From: Vulcanimicrobiota bacterium
GTDB lineage: Bacteria; Vulcanimicrobiota; Vulcanimicrobiia; Vulcanimicrobiales; Vulcanimicrobiaceae
Reading direction: 5' to 3'
DNA length: 64,000 bases
Assembly (NCBI GenBank): GCA_963714015.1
Contig: OY970223.1
Location: 2,624,001 to 2,688,000 of the forward strand
Both the position numbers and the translations under genes were made by a program. Shown piece after piece: positions 50,519 through 61,052 of this stretch (its first letter is position 1; each line of letters opens with the position of its first letter). The notes beneath the pieces are model-generated. The model was not told the origin of the DNA. It made no database searches and saw nothing but the letters and a program-made list of their open reading frames with translations.

Positions 50519-51229
50519 CTAGGCCGCCGCTTTCTTTTCCGGAAGACCGAGTTTTTGGCGCGCGTTATCGAGCGTGAGTCCGTTTTGAATGGCAAAGCCG
50601 AGTTCATCGATGAGCGCTGCAACGCCAGGCGTTTTCAACCCCTCTTTTGCCGGCTCGCTCACGCGGAAGGCAATCGGTGAAGAACGCCCGTGGATTCCGT
50701 CGACGTCAATCCGCTTTCGCCGGCCGCGCTTCTGCTTGACGCCATCGCCGCCTACGCACGTGCAAAATTCCAGATGGCACTCCTCACAAACCGGAGATCC
50801 CATCTTCTCTTCGCGACCGCTACCGTTGCTGCCGCCATGAACGTCCAAGCCGCCTGGAACTTCCTGAATCATCTGTTGCCATTCTTCCGTGGTGCGCGGG
50901 TCGCGCCCGACCCGTTCCTCATCTCGCTCCACAACGCCGCGGAGCACGTCGTTCACTCCACCGGTCAGCCGATCGTCGTACTCGCTGTCTCGAGCGGTGC
51001 GCACGTCGGGATCCGGCCGAACTTGATTCTCGGGCAGATCGGCCATGTGGCCCGATTCTAAATTTCGACGCTTCGTGCTCGGGCAGCGAACGCATAGGGC
51101 GCCTTCGCACTGATGGTCTCTTTGGCCGTACCCATGAATGTCAGAAGCGAGCGTTTCATAACGCCCGTCGTTCGTGACTCCTGTTTTAACGGCATCAGCA
51201 TCGACTGCCGACTCGTATCGGTCTTGCAT
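50519..51229 (-). CDS. Hypothetical protein(s), C-terminal basic putative DNA-binding part
   Basis: ORF may fuse several small genes; C-terminal KRGRRKR...IAFRVSE. Confidence 0.4.
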   Translation of the reverse strand: MQDRYESAVDADAVKTGVTNDGRYETLASDIHGYGQRDHQCEGALCVRCPSTKRRNLESGHMADLPENQVRPDPDVRTARDSEYDDRLTGGVNDVLRGVVERDEERVGRDPRTTEEWQQMIQEVPGGLDVHGGSNGSGREEKMGSPVCEECHLEFCTCVGGDGVKQKRGRRKRIDVDGIHGRSSPIAFRVSEPAKEGLKTPGVAALIDELGFAIQNGLTLDNARQKLGLPEKKAAA

Positions 51230-51367
51230 CCGTCTGGCAACCCCGCAAGCGACCGTGTTTATTATTCATGAGTATACGGTATACTTTTTGTTATGCCTAC
51301 TAAAGGCATGATCTAATTTGCGGGTATTTTCTAAAACGAACGCAGTTTTGCGAACTGGTTTTCGTTT

Positions 51368-51967
51368 TTACGAACGCCGTTTCGATTCGCTGATGAGCGC
51401 GAGCGCTTCGGACGCCGGAACGATGAATCCATCGACGATCGCCATGCCCTCCGGGATCGGGCCGCCGGTATACCGCTGCGCCTTGGAATTCTTGGACTCG
51501 GCTATGCGTATCCGGTTATCTGCACTTTCGACCGATTTTGTCCGGGTATCGCGTTTCGGACGGTCGACGATCCGCACGTGCGCCGGCTCGTACAGCTTCG
51601 TCACGATGATGTTTACGCGGTGCGGTCCGGCGTCGTCATATCGGACGAGCATCTGCGAAGGATTGGCAAGGCGGTCATCGGACCAGACGCCGGCGGCGGT
51701 CAACGCGTCCCATTCCACTTTCGAAAGGTTCGACGCGTCGACGCGTGCACGCCGATTCAATACCCGAATGATGGTCGCCGAGCATTCGCATTCCGCAGTT
51801 ATCCAACCGGTGCGGAAGATCGCGTCTTCCGCCGCGCGCTTGACGAGATCGAAAACGGCCTTGTAGATCTCCGACTTGCGGGGATCGCGAAGGCCGCGGT
51901 TCCGATTGTTGACGGAGGCGTACTTGCCGTCCGGAAGTTCGATCGAGAGCGCTAAGACATCCGCCAC
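51368..51967 (-). CDS. RusA-like Holliday junction resolvase
   Basis: SVNN and DASNLSKVEWDALTAAGVWSDD motifs. Confidence 0.75.
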   Translation of the reverse strand: MADVLALSIELPDGKYASVNNRNRGLRDPRKSEIYKAVFDLVKRAAEDAIFRTGWITAECECSATIIRVLNRRARVDASNLSKVEWDALTAAGVWSDDRLANPSQMLVRYDDAGPHRVNIIVTKLYEPAHVRIVDRPKRDTRTKSVESADNRIRIAESKNSKAQRYTGGPIPEGMAIVDGFIVPASEALALISESKRRS

Positions 51968-52204
51968 GCGATCTATTCTATCACGACTGCCTTCTTGTAC
52001 GAGCCGCGCGTCGACGTAATCACCGTCGAGTAAGAACCCGATCTTCGGGGGACAGAAAGAGACCTTCGTTGCGCGCAATATTGCCGTAAAGCCAACCGGC
52101 CTGATACGCTGCGTTGAGAATCTCTCTCTTGTCATGGGGTCCGCCAACCAGACCTGCGTCAAAGCCGCGCTTCCATTCCTTGGGGTACTTGCGGTGCAGC
52201 TCCG

Positions 52205-52531
52205 CTATAAAATCGTCGAAATCATCTCGGTCAGACATTCCCGAAGAGCCTCCTCGTCGGTCGGCTCCATGTACGGCTCCGCCCACTTCGACGGCGGCGG
52301 CTCGTATTCGCCCACGACCATCGTTCCCAAGTCTTTGCGCTTGCCTTCGAGCAAGCACCGCTCGCAATTTGCGGCGTTCTCTCCGTGCTCGCAGCAGTAA
52401 ATGCAATGGTCGAACCCGTGAGAGATCCGCACGCATTGCCGGCACAGATGGTAGGGCTGGTCGGCGCCCGTCGCCTTAACCAGCCACTTTCCACCGAAGT
52501 AGAGGACCAGCCCGATTATCAGCAGTTCCAC
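52205..52531 (-). CDS. Membrane-anchored Cys-rich hypothetical protein
   Basis: N-terminal TM and three CxxC pairs. Confidence 0.55.
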   Translation of the reverse strand: MELLIIGLVLYFGGKWLVKATGADQPYHLCRQCVRISHGFDHCIYCCEHGENAANCERCLLEGKRKDLGTMVVGEYEPPPSKWAEPYMEPTDEEALRECLTEMISTIL

Positions 52532-52538
52532 CCCTCGA

Positions 52539-52928
52539 TTATACCTCGCTAGCGGCCGCCGCGGACGAAATCAAATCCGCCCGGAGTTCGTAGCAGAGAT
52601 ACCCCAGCGCTCGGGTGTAATTGCCCTCAGCCGTACACCTATAGTATGCAGCGATTTTCGTGTTCCGAATGTCGTCTACAAGACCCGGGCACTTTCCTGA
52701 GTTCACCGTTAGGCCGTATCCCACGTTAGACCGAATTTGCGCGTTCAAGGCATTGATTCGGTCAGGAATGCTGGGATTTCCGCATCGAACCCGCATTTCG
52801 ACGGGAATGTGATATGCGCGAAGAAATCGTTTTACCTCCGCATACGTCCAGCTCGAAGCGCTATCGCCGTAAATTTGGACGCCGTTCGCTCTAGCGATCT
52901 CTCCGAGTTCTCCTTCAAACGCTGACAC
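52539..52928 (-). CDS. Stand-alone fragment resembling terminase C-terminal nuclease domain
   Basis: IYGDSAS...NPSIPDRINALNA...KCPGLVDDI...ALGY parallels the TerL C-terminus. Confidence 0.6.
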   Translation of the reverse strand: MSAFEGELGEIARANGVQIYGDSASSWTYAEVKRFLRAYHIPVEMRVRCGNPSIPDRINALNAQIRSNVGYGLTVNSGKCPGLVDDIRNTKIAAYYRCTAEGNYTRALGYLCYELRADLISSAAAASEV

Positions 52929-53362
52929 GCTTGCGCCCGCGCTTTCGCATCTAAACTCGCGTAGGAAATGAACGACGGCGTGAGTGCCAAGACTATCGCG
53001 GCAACCGCACCACCCCGCGATCCGAGAATGGCCTGCCCCGCGCGATAGGTGAACGCCAGCGCCCCGAATGCGAACACCGCCGAGAGGGAACGGATGGCGA
53101 TGGCGCTCTCGCCGACGTGCAGCCACAGATGCAGCAAAACATAATAAAGCGCGAACACCGCATCGCGGCGATGAAACTCCATCCACAAGTCGTGCCAGGG
53201 TAACCTTGCCGCGGCGACCGAGAAGGCTTCGTCAACCCACAGGCTGCGCGCATTGATCGTTAGGGCGATAAGCGCGCCGGCGACCAAGAACGAGGGAACC
53301 AGGAAGAGGAACCGTGGGACGGAAGTGACCCGTTCGAGCTCGCGCCCACACACCTTGTGCAA
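52832..53362 (-). pseudogene. Truncated GT-C (PMT/GT39-like) glycosyltransferase N-terminal fragment
   Basis: SLWVDEAFS, LYYVLLHLW and IRSLS motifs with several TMs; ends after about 130 aa. Confidence 0.65.
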
Positions 53363-53482
53363 TCATGGTAATGGAAATCCGGCTTGGCCGAGCAAGCGCC
53401 CTTCGTCCACCTGGCCCAAAGATTTATAGCCTCAACGGCCCAGGTATCGGCTCGGGTCTGCATCCCCGATGTATCGACACAT

Positions 53483-53827
53483 TCACGCAGCTTCCCCATT
53501 CCTTACGAAGCCATGCCACGCGCACGGCGCATGTTGAAGCAAAACGCTCGCGGCAGCGGGGCCGATAAACGTAAGATCGTCAATCGTCGTTCCTGATGGT
53601 ACCCAGCGTCCCGGCAAGGGGCGCTCGTCCTCCGGCACGCCGCGATCTGCGAACCAGCAGATGACGCTATGCGTTCCGCGCTTGCCGCCGTTCGTCGCGT
53701 AACACGCCGGGCACAGAAACGAGACGCCCTGCGCGTCGTTAACCATATCGACGTGCCGATACACGGTTCGACCGTCCTCTTGCGCGATGCGAACAAGTTG
53801 CGCTTCAAGGTCACGCAGTCTGGGCAT
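53483..53827 (-). CDS. DUF6527-like Cys/His protein
   Basis: FLCPAC...H...W...LT...SV...C.WHGFVRNG pattern. Confidence 0.55.
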   Translation of the reverse strand: MPRLRDLEAQLVRIAQEDGRTVYRHVDMVNDAQGVSFLCPACYATNGGKRGTHSVICWFADRGVPEDERPLPGRWVPSGTTIDDLTFIGPAAASVLLQHAPCAWHGFVRNGEAA

Positions 53828-54522
53828 TTCCTATCTCCTTGCTCGACTCATCACACCATGCGGAAAACTCGCGCCACACCGCACCGTCTCTGCCGCCTTC
53901 GACGAGAATCTTTACCGCATCGCGCTTTAGCGCATCAAGTAGCCATCGCGGAACCTTGATCCGTGCGTGTGGATCGCTACGGTCGGATTGAAACGTGAAG
54001 AATCGCTTGAAGCGCCCGTTCTTAAATGTTTCGGAGCTGCGCGCCATAAGGGTAACGCAGTGAGCGTCCGCGTCGATAGCCACGACGACCTCCGACGCAT
54101 GTAACTGGGGTACTGTTTGCTTGTCGCTCAAAAGTGCATCCCTCCGGCGGCGCGATACGCTTTCCGCCATTTGCTTCGGGCATACGGCTTCATGTGATAG
54201 AGGCCGTGCGATAAGTGCATGTAGCGCGGTCGTGCATGGCGCTCAGGCGCGTGCTTTCGGGTCGAACTTGAAGAACCGCTCAACGGCAACGGGCAAGTGT
54301 CTCTGGCACGCCCAAATGCCGTGGCCTTGAATGGTCTCGACGCGATACTCCGCGAACGCTCCGCATTTCTCGAACTTCGCCAAGCAGCACGGCTCCTTGC
54401 AATCGAACGCAGCGAATACGCGTGCCACCATGCCGACGCGAAGGCGATCCCGTTTTTGCCGCTCAACATAGAGGCTTGTGACGCTCATGTCTATGCGAGA
54501 CCATTTAGGTAGATGCTGACTT

Positions 54523-55257
54523 TCACGATGCAAACAACTCCCCTTGCGCCAATCGACGCGCAGCTCGTTCGGCGTACTTCTCGTTAACCTCGAAGCCAAT
54601 AGCGCGCCGACCGGCGATACGTGCGGCAGCGAGGGTCGCCCCCGAACCAGCGAACATATCGAGCACGACGCCTTTCGGCGGGCACGCGTACTTTATTAGT
54701 GGGACCAGGATTTCGACGGGCTTCTCGGTGGGATGCAACGCCTTGCCGTGCATTGACGCGGCGTACATAACCGACGTGGCGAGAACGGGCCCACCATCAA
54801 CGGTTTCGTAAAACGTGCGCGATTCAGCTTTGCCAAACTGCGTCGGGCGGCTTTTACTGCGCACGGTTCTTTTTGTCGTGGTGTTCGTGTATTGCGGCTC
54901 ACGGTAGATGTCCGCCCATTCGCCACGGTAGAAGTGGATCGCGTGTTCGTGTACGCGCCGGAAACGGTCATTGTGAAAACCTGAACCGTTGTGCTTCTCC
55001 CAAACAATATCATGGCTTTGCTGCCAGCCAGCAGATTCAAACTCAGCCGCTCTGTCCATGAACATGCGCATGGAGCCAAAGCACCACATCGAAACGCCTG
55101 GCGCTTTCGCGGGCCAACCATCGGGCCAGCGGTCCCACTCGAGCGACGTTACTCCGTAAGGCGGGTCCGTAACGATGACATCGGCGCGCGGCAACGCTAC
55201 TTGCAGAGAGTCCGCAAGGTAGAGCGTTACGCATCCGTCGTCAAAGTACGGCTTCAT
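54523..55257 (-). CDS. DNA N4-cytosine/N6-adenine methyltransferase (beta class)
   Basis: TDPPY, HPTEKP and LDMFAGSG motifs. Confidence 0.93.
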   Translation of the reverse strand: MKPYFDDGCVTLYLADSLQVALPRADVIVTDPPYGVTSLEWDRWPDGWPAKAPGVSMWCFGSMRMFMDRAAEFESAGWQQSHDIVWEKHNGSGFHNDRFRRVHEHAIHFYRGEWADIYREPQYTNTTTKRTVRSKSRPTQFGKAESRTFYETVDGGPVLATSVMYAASMHGKALHPTEKPVEILVPLIKYACPPKGVVLDMFAGSGATLAAARIAGRRAIGFEVNEKYAERAARRLAQGELFAS

Positions 55258-55281
55258 TCGTCAGTAGTGCCCGATGCTGAC

Positions 55282-55563
55282 TTACGCGGCAGCTTCGACC
55301 GGCGAACCGTACCGCGCACCCAGGTACGCGATAACGCGGTCGTAGCCCGATTGATCCAGCTCCTCAATAGCGATCTCTGCGTCGAACAATCCAGCGGCCG
55401 CGTCGAGTAGGGCGCGCTCGCGATCAGCGGCGACCTCCGGTGCTGGTTTCGCGCGACGGCGATACGTCGTTTTGTGGCCAGCCTCTTTGTAGTGCTTGCG
55501 AAGCAGCCCGAGGCTCACGAATCCGTTTTTGCCGCAGGTCTTACATGAGAACGTTGTAGCCAT
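55282..55563 (-). CDS. C2H2 zinc-finger protein
   Basis: FSCKTCGKNGFVSLGLLRKHYKEAGH; AGGAG RBS. Confidence 0.7.
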   Translation of the reverse strand: MATTFSCKTCGKNGFVSLGLLRKHYKEAGHKTTYRRRAKPAPEVAADRERALLDAAAGLFDAEIAIEELDQSGYDRVIAYLGARYGSPVEAAA

Positions 55564-56146
55564 TAGTCTTTCTCCTGTTGTGGGTCAGAGTATCTTGGTT
55601 CTGCGTTACGCCGCGCCATTTCGGCCGCACGGCATGGCCCGTTGTGTCCGATGCCACCGCCGCGCTTGCGAACGCAGCCCACGCAAGAGCAGCGCCATTC
55701 CACCTTCGGCGCATCTAGTTTTCGCTTTGCGTTATTCACAGCCGAGCGCCTCGGTTACGATCCGCGTAACTTCAACCCACGACTCGATGCCCGGTCCACA
55801 TTCGTCGCCGGTGCTGACCTTCAGGACGGCTTCGAGCGCCGCTTTGTATTTGTCAGCATCTGCAGCATTGGTGTACGTTGCGCGCCGTAGCAGCGTAACA
55901 TGGGCGTCATATTTCGGCTCGATGACGACCGTGCTGCTGTCCCAGGTTTCGCGCATTGGGGACAGGCGTGGGTTCTTCGGCGTCACGGACTGGCTGAGCC
56001 ATGCGATCTCGATATTGTCGCCATCCGGCAGAACGTCCACAACAATAGCATCCCACCCGTCGCCCGGCAGTTCGCGATTTGGCTCCGGTAGATTGGGGTC
56101 AAGCGATATGCGAACAATGTCGCCAATTTGATACGTCATAACTATG

Positions 56147-56608
56147 TTATTCAGCACCGTGGGCATCCTCCGCGCAGCGCCAACCGTGCTCGAACATCTC
56201 GACGTTAAGATCGCGCGGCGTCGTGCCCTTGTATGTTTCCTCGTCGCCAAAGTACCGGCTAAACTCCGCGTCAACGTTCTCTTTCGGTGTTCGACGATAT
56301 GCTTGTTTTGGGACCTGAGCGCCGCAAACGTGTTCGCCTGCACGCAAGCAGTCTTTCCGATCCGGAAAATCGTCTGGATTCTCCGGGTCGATAATGCACG
56401 GCGCATCTTCCGGCTGCTCTGTCGCCTCAGATTCACGGATTCGTCGCAGAGTTGCCTGAAGTTCGCCAATGCGAATGTCGGGGCGTATGTCATCGACCTG
56501 AGCCGGATTTTGCCCGCAGTAGCGATGCAACTCGGCAATCCTCGCGCTGATGATTTTTGCCGCACTGTTTGGCAATACAGTCGTTTTTACGTCGCCGGCC
56601 ATGCCCAA
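56147..56608 (-). CDS. Hypothetical phage early protein
   Basis: Packed minus-strand ORF. Confidence 0.5.
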   Translation of the reverse strand: MGMAGDVKTTVLPNSAAKIISARIAELHRYCGQNPAQVDDIRPDIRIGELQATLRRIRESEATEQPEDAPCIIDPENPDDFPDRKDCLRAGEHVCGAQVPKQAYRRTPKENVDAEFSRYFGDEETYKGTTPRDLNVEMFEHGWRCAEDAHGAE

Positions 56609-57108
56609 TTCCCTTTGCCGTATTTTGCGTTCATGGTATCTATGTACTGGCGCGCCAAGCTCAGCAGCTCGCCGTAAGCCCTCACCCGATCGTCTTTTTC
56701 CTTTTCGCGGTAGCGTTGCACGGCAATACGGCGCTCGTTGCGTCTACGCATTTTGTCGGGCAGGCAGGGAACATTCGGGTGCCGAGCCATGTATTGCAAG
56801 TCCGTGAGGCACTCCGTACAGCGCAGCGAAAGCATCGACAGTTTGTGCGCGCCTAACACGGATACAGTCTCTTTCATTTCGGCCAGCAAATCCCGAACGC
56901 GAGCGCAAGCCAGCCGACCCGCAACGTGCGGTAGTTTGAAAACTCCGTGACACCGATATGCGGCGTAATCCATACGTCTTTCCATGACCACTCGGCCGTC
57001 AGGAGAAAGTGCGTCCCGGGAATCCAAGCGCACGGACCCGGCTTACGCTTGTAGCCGCTCGGGTCAGGTTCCCGAACCTGTGCCTCAGTATATGAGGTTG
57101 AGGTGCGA

Positions 57109-57492
57109 TCAGTCATTGAAGTGCAGCCACCGTTTTACGGATGTGCGCTTGCTCTCGGCTTGAGCGTGAATCGTCTCCTTGTTGAGGTCGCCCGCTTCGC
57201 ATAGGCGGATCATCGCGTGGCGAACGTCGCCCAACTCGTTTTCGAGCAGCCGTCGATTCGTCAGGCCGTCGTCAGTAATCGGGTTGTGGCTTTCGTATCC
57301 ATGCCGAAGGACTTTGCCGATAACATGGATCGCTTCGCCCATTTCCTCGGCAAGCAGTGCAAGACGCTCGTATTCGGCGGGGCTGAGTCCCACACGGTAC
57401 GTCGCTACCGTCGAAAACAACTCGCGCTCAGGAAGCGGCTCGCTGTTCCGAAGTTCGTGGTCTAACTGTTCCCGCTTCGATCCGCCGGGCAT
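57109..57492 (-). CDS. MazG-like nucleotide pyrophosphohydrolase
   Basis: LAEEMGE...ENELGDV acidic motif. Confidence 0.75.
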   Translation of the reverse strand: MPGGSKREQLDHELRNSEPLPERELFSTVATYRVGLSPAEYERLALLAEEMGEAIHVIGKVLRHGYESHNPITDDGLTNRRLLENELGDVRHAMIRLCEAGDLNKETIHAQAESKRTSVKRWLHFND

Positions 57493-57842
57493 TATATCGC
57501 CTCCAATTCGTGACCAAACATATTCATTAGGCCCCCGCGATCCCAAAGGACGCCCCATGCGGCGAAGCCTAGTCCGCGCTTCACAATGTATCCCATCCAA
57601 CCGCTGCGCTTGTCGCGAACGCGCTGTCCCACACGGAATGTATCTTTGGCGACCTGTTCAGCCATTAGCAATCTCCATCTCGCGGAACCTTGCGTAGTCG
57701 TGCGCTTGTCCCATGCAGGCGATATAACTCCGCAAGCACTCTATCTCGAAAGCCGCTCTACCGCATGTTGGACTCGGCCACGTCTTTTCTAGCATCCGCA
57801 GGTCGTCCACAATGTCAGTGTCCGCCGATATGGTCGAATCAG

Positions 57843-58905
57843 TCATGCGGCTTGCTCCCGTTCTGCGATTATCGCTTGTAGCATCGCCTTGCATACCGCT
57901 TTCGCCATGTACGCCGGCCAAGAGTTTGCTATCAATTGCCCGCGCTGCGTCTTGGTCGTCCCGGCCCAATCCCATGAATCGGCAAGGCTGTGCGCGCGCG
58001 CCATTTCGAGCAGCGAGGGATTGCGGCACCCTTCCGCTTGCGATAGGTCTGCGTGCCAACCGCTTGCGGTTAGTGATCGCATGAAGCCGTTGTCATCTAG
58101 CGGGATGGTTTCCGTCTTGGGCCAGTTACCGCGCATCCCAATCTTGAGCAATTTGCCGTTGCGAACGTCGTGGCCGTGCCAGACTATGTGCCGTCAGAGA
58201 GCCGAGCATTTCGTCGTCGTTGTAGTGGCCGTGATTGCCGGCCTTATGCAAACTTGGCGGAGCCATCGTAACGAACCCCGAAACGCCGCCTTTACCCGCC
58301 GTTAGGGAGCCCAGGAAGCCGTCGTCCGTCGCCGGATGCTTCTGCCCTTTCAGGCGCTTCCAAATCGCCCTCTCGTCGGCTCCAGGCTCGCGTATATCGT
58401 GAATGCGACGCGGCCCCGGCGTTTCGATGACGTGGAGTAGGTAGTTCGAGTAGAACCACCGCTCACGGGTCGTAACGTCACCAAAGTCTGAAGCGCACAG
58501 TTTCATGGCGAAGGGCGCATTTATCAGGCGCGAAGCGACGTTTTCCATGACCCACGCCGCACCTTCGGATAAGCGCAAGAAATCAGCGAGACAGCAACGC
58601 GGCGCTACGTATCCGCCGACGTTGCACTTACACTTCTTTTGGCCGGCTTGGCTATGGTCTTGGCACGGGGGACCGCCAATTACGATGTCGTGTGGCGGCA
58701 AATCTGCGCGCGTCAGTTTCTTCACGTCGGCCACCCGCGCCACGGGATGCCGTTGGTTGGCATTGTAAACCCGCACGGCCGGCCCCCAGGAGTCGATCGC
58801 GTCCACGACTTCAACCGGAACGCCTAACTCGTCTGCGGCCCAATAGAGCCCCAAGTCCGAACCGCCAATTCCACAGAAAAGCGAAACAACGCGAATCGGT
58901 TCCAC
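57843..58905 (-). CDS. DNA C5-cytosine methyltransferase, frameshift near 58160
   Basis: SLFCGIGG, GGPPCQ, MENV and RER motifs; motif X-like QLIANSWP in the adjacent frame. Confidence 0.85.
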
Positions 58906-59247
58906 GCTATGAATCGCCTTTCGGTGGAATGGTCGAACTCATAACACGCCTTCCAGTTCCTGGATCGCCATGCGCCGGCCAAAGCAGTGTTTGCACTCCG
59001 GTTTACAAGTGCAGGCCCCATTGAAGCCGCGCAGTATGTCGATACGCCGCTGGATGAACACTGAAGCCACAACATCGCTGTTCCCGATCTCGTCATCGGT
59101 GGGCTCATCTAAGACGGGTATGCTGCGGTTAGTCATGCTGGCACCGGAACAGGCTGCTCGACGGGCATCGGCTCAAACTTCTGCGGCAGCGGAAGTTCCT
59201 TCGGAGTCACAGTGATTTCGCGCAGCGGTTCGCCAATTTCGGCCATA

Positions 59248-59976
59248 TTATTTCCTCGCGTGCGGCGGAATGTATCCACCCATGAATGACTTAAACGGGT
59301 GGCGCATCGTCTTTGCCGCGAAGCCCTTCTCGCGCTTGTCAACGGGCGTATCCGCGCACGGATCAATGGTAAGCACCAATGCCTCGCGGATGTCGGCGTA
59401 CGAGCTAAACATCGTCACGTGGGCCTGACGCGCTCGCCCAGCTTCCTCGGCGCGCTCCTTCAATTCCACGACGAGCTCCATCGGCATTGGTGCAACCTCG
59501 CAACCGTACTGCTGACTCAGCGTGCGCAGCGTGCCGTGCATCTTTTCGTCGGCCTCGGGGTGGACAAAGAACACCTGCGGGTACGCATATTGCGAACGGT
59601 AGCCGCCTTCGTGCTCGATGATGCGGCCCCACAGCGCGACGCGGCCATAGACGTTCCCGCCATTCGGAATGTCCCGCACGCGCTTCATTGCGTAGAATCC
59701 GCACTTGCACCCATAATTCGGCGCTTCGTGGTGCTCGTCGTCATCTGGAATCGCCTTTGCGGGGTTCTGGGCACCGCCCATAGCCGTGTACATATCAAGC
59801 ATACCGGAAAAATACGAATCCGCATGATGGACACACGCAGCAGCGGGGGCGGCGAGGCGCGGCCACGCCTTCCTGCCGTCCCCGGTCGATTTCACTTGGC
59901 GGCATGATGCGGACACCGCCCAAGAGCGGTATGCAATAATCGGGCTATCGTTCACAAAGCCTCCTTGGTTCGACAT
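59248..59976 (-). CDS. Conserved-looking phage hypothetical protein
   Basis: H.AP..GCKCGFYA and GRVALWGRIIEH.GGYRS motifs. Confidence 0.65.
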   Translation of the reverse strand: MSNQGGFVNDSPIIAYRSWAVSASCRQVKSTGDGRKAWPRLAAPAAACVHHADSYFSGMLDMYTAMGGAQNPAKAIPDDDEHHEAPNYGCKCGFYAMKRVRDIPNGGNVYGRVALWGRIIEHEGGYRSQYAYPQVFFVHPEADEKMHGTLRTLSQQYGCEVAPMPMELVVELKERAEEAGRARQAHVTMFSSYADIREALVLTIDPCADTPVDKREKGFAAKTMRHPFKSFMGGYIPPHARK

Positions 59977-60206
59977 TTGTTGAGAATGCTCACGTTTAGT
60001 TGCCCTCGCCGGGTCCGCCGAACAGCGCCTTCACCCAATCGAACGCATACGCAATCAGCGCAGCAACCAGCACGACGGCGACGAGCAACGCCCCCAGCAG
60101 ATGGCGGTTCATTGCCACACCCAGCGAATCACTCGGTGCAGCGAGAGCGCACCCGGATACATCGGCTCCCAGCGCACGATGCGCACGAGTCTCAGCATCC
60201 CGCACA

Positions 60207-61052
60207 TCACAGACCCTCCGGCATCAGTACCTGTCCGCCGAGAGTCTTCGCAAACGCGTATTCAAGATGCGCGACGTGCAGCACATGGGAGGGCGTCGGC
60301 TCGTTCTCCGAGATCATCTTCTCCGCGCCTTCATCCCCGAAGTTGTAGGCCAGCGTGCTCACCGCGAACCGGTTCTTGTATACCGGATTCACCGTCGCGG
60401 GCAGCGTGGGAATCAGTTTGTCGGCAAAAGCCAACTCTTCACGCATCTTGTTCGCAAACCAAGGCACGGCTTTAGATGGATCGCAAAGGAACGCGTGCGC
60501 TGCGAACACGTCTTCGATCTCATTGCTTCCCAAGAGGTACCGGATCTTGCCTTGCGCTACGCCGACGTCGTAGCCGCACGGGTCCTTCGCCTTGTTCGAT
60601 CCGAGGAAGTTGCCGTTCTGGCATTGCACGTCGAATACCGATTCGATGCATAAGCACGCCAGCACATACTCGACGGTGAACCCGTCGACGGCTTCGGCTT
60701 TGACCCGATCGGCAACGGCCTGCCCCTGGGTTTCGTCGATCTTGTGGATGACGACGCCTTTTTCCGCGATAACGAGCTGGCCGTCGATGAACGACGTCTT
60801 CCAGTTCTGATCGAGAATCAGCTGCGTCAGGGGATCGGTATGCGCGACTACCGGAGCAGACTGCGCATTCGCAACCAGCGTTGCGGGCTCGACCGGATGC
60901 TCGTCGACAATGGTCAGATCGAGCGTCGCGTGGAACCGGTGATAAACGCGGTCTGCGATGCGTTCCCGCTCGCGATCGGTAAGGTGCACGAGCGCGTAGT
61001 TATGCTCGATGCCGTATTTGTCGAATTCCTGCCAGACTTCCAAAGTGCTCAT
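60207..61052 (-). CDS. Lysozyme-like / SLT-domain protein
   Basis: CIES (catalytic Glu), DVGVAQ, DP and LAYNFG motifs. Confidence 0.65.
   Translation of the reverse strand: MSTLEVWQEFDKYGIEHNYALVHLTDRERERIADRVYHRFHATLDLTIVDEHPVEPATLVANAQSAPVVAHTDPLTQLILDQNWKTSFIDGQLVIAEKGVVIHKIDETQGQAVADRVKAEAVDGFTVEYVLACLCIESVFDVQCQNGNFLGSNKAKDPCGYDVGVAQGKIRYLLGSNEIEDVFAAHAFLCDPSKAVPWFANKMREELAFADKLIPTLPATVNPVYKNRFAVSTLAYNFGDEGAEKMISENEPTPSHVLHVAHLEYAFAKTLGGQVLMPEGL

Noticed and set aside
2940..58200. About a dozen frameshifts (near 2950, 8450, 17330, 18765, 21140, 23610, 27560, 29905, 37678, 41270, 48320/48680, 58160) as prophage decay or recoding
   Set aside because: They are single-base indels with no in-frame stops or large deletions, and they also hit host DNA. 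This pattern best fits long-read assembly error; it needs a read check.
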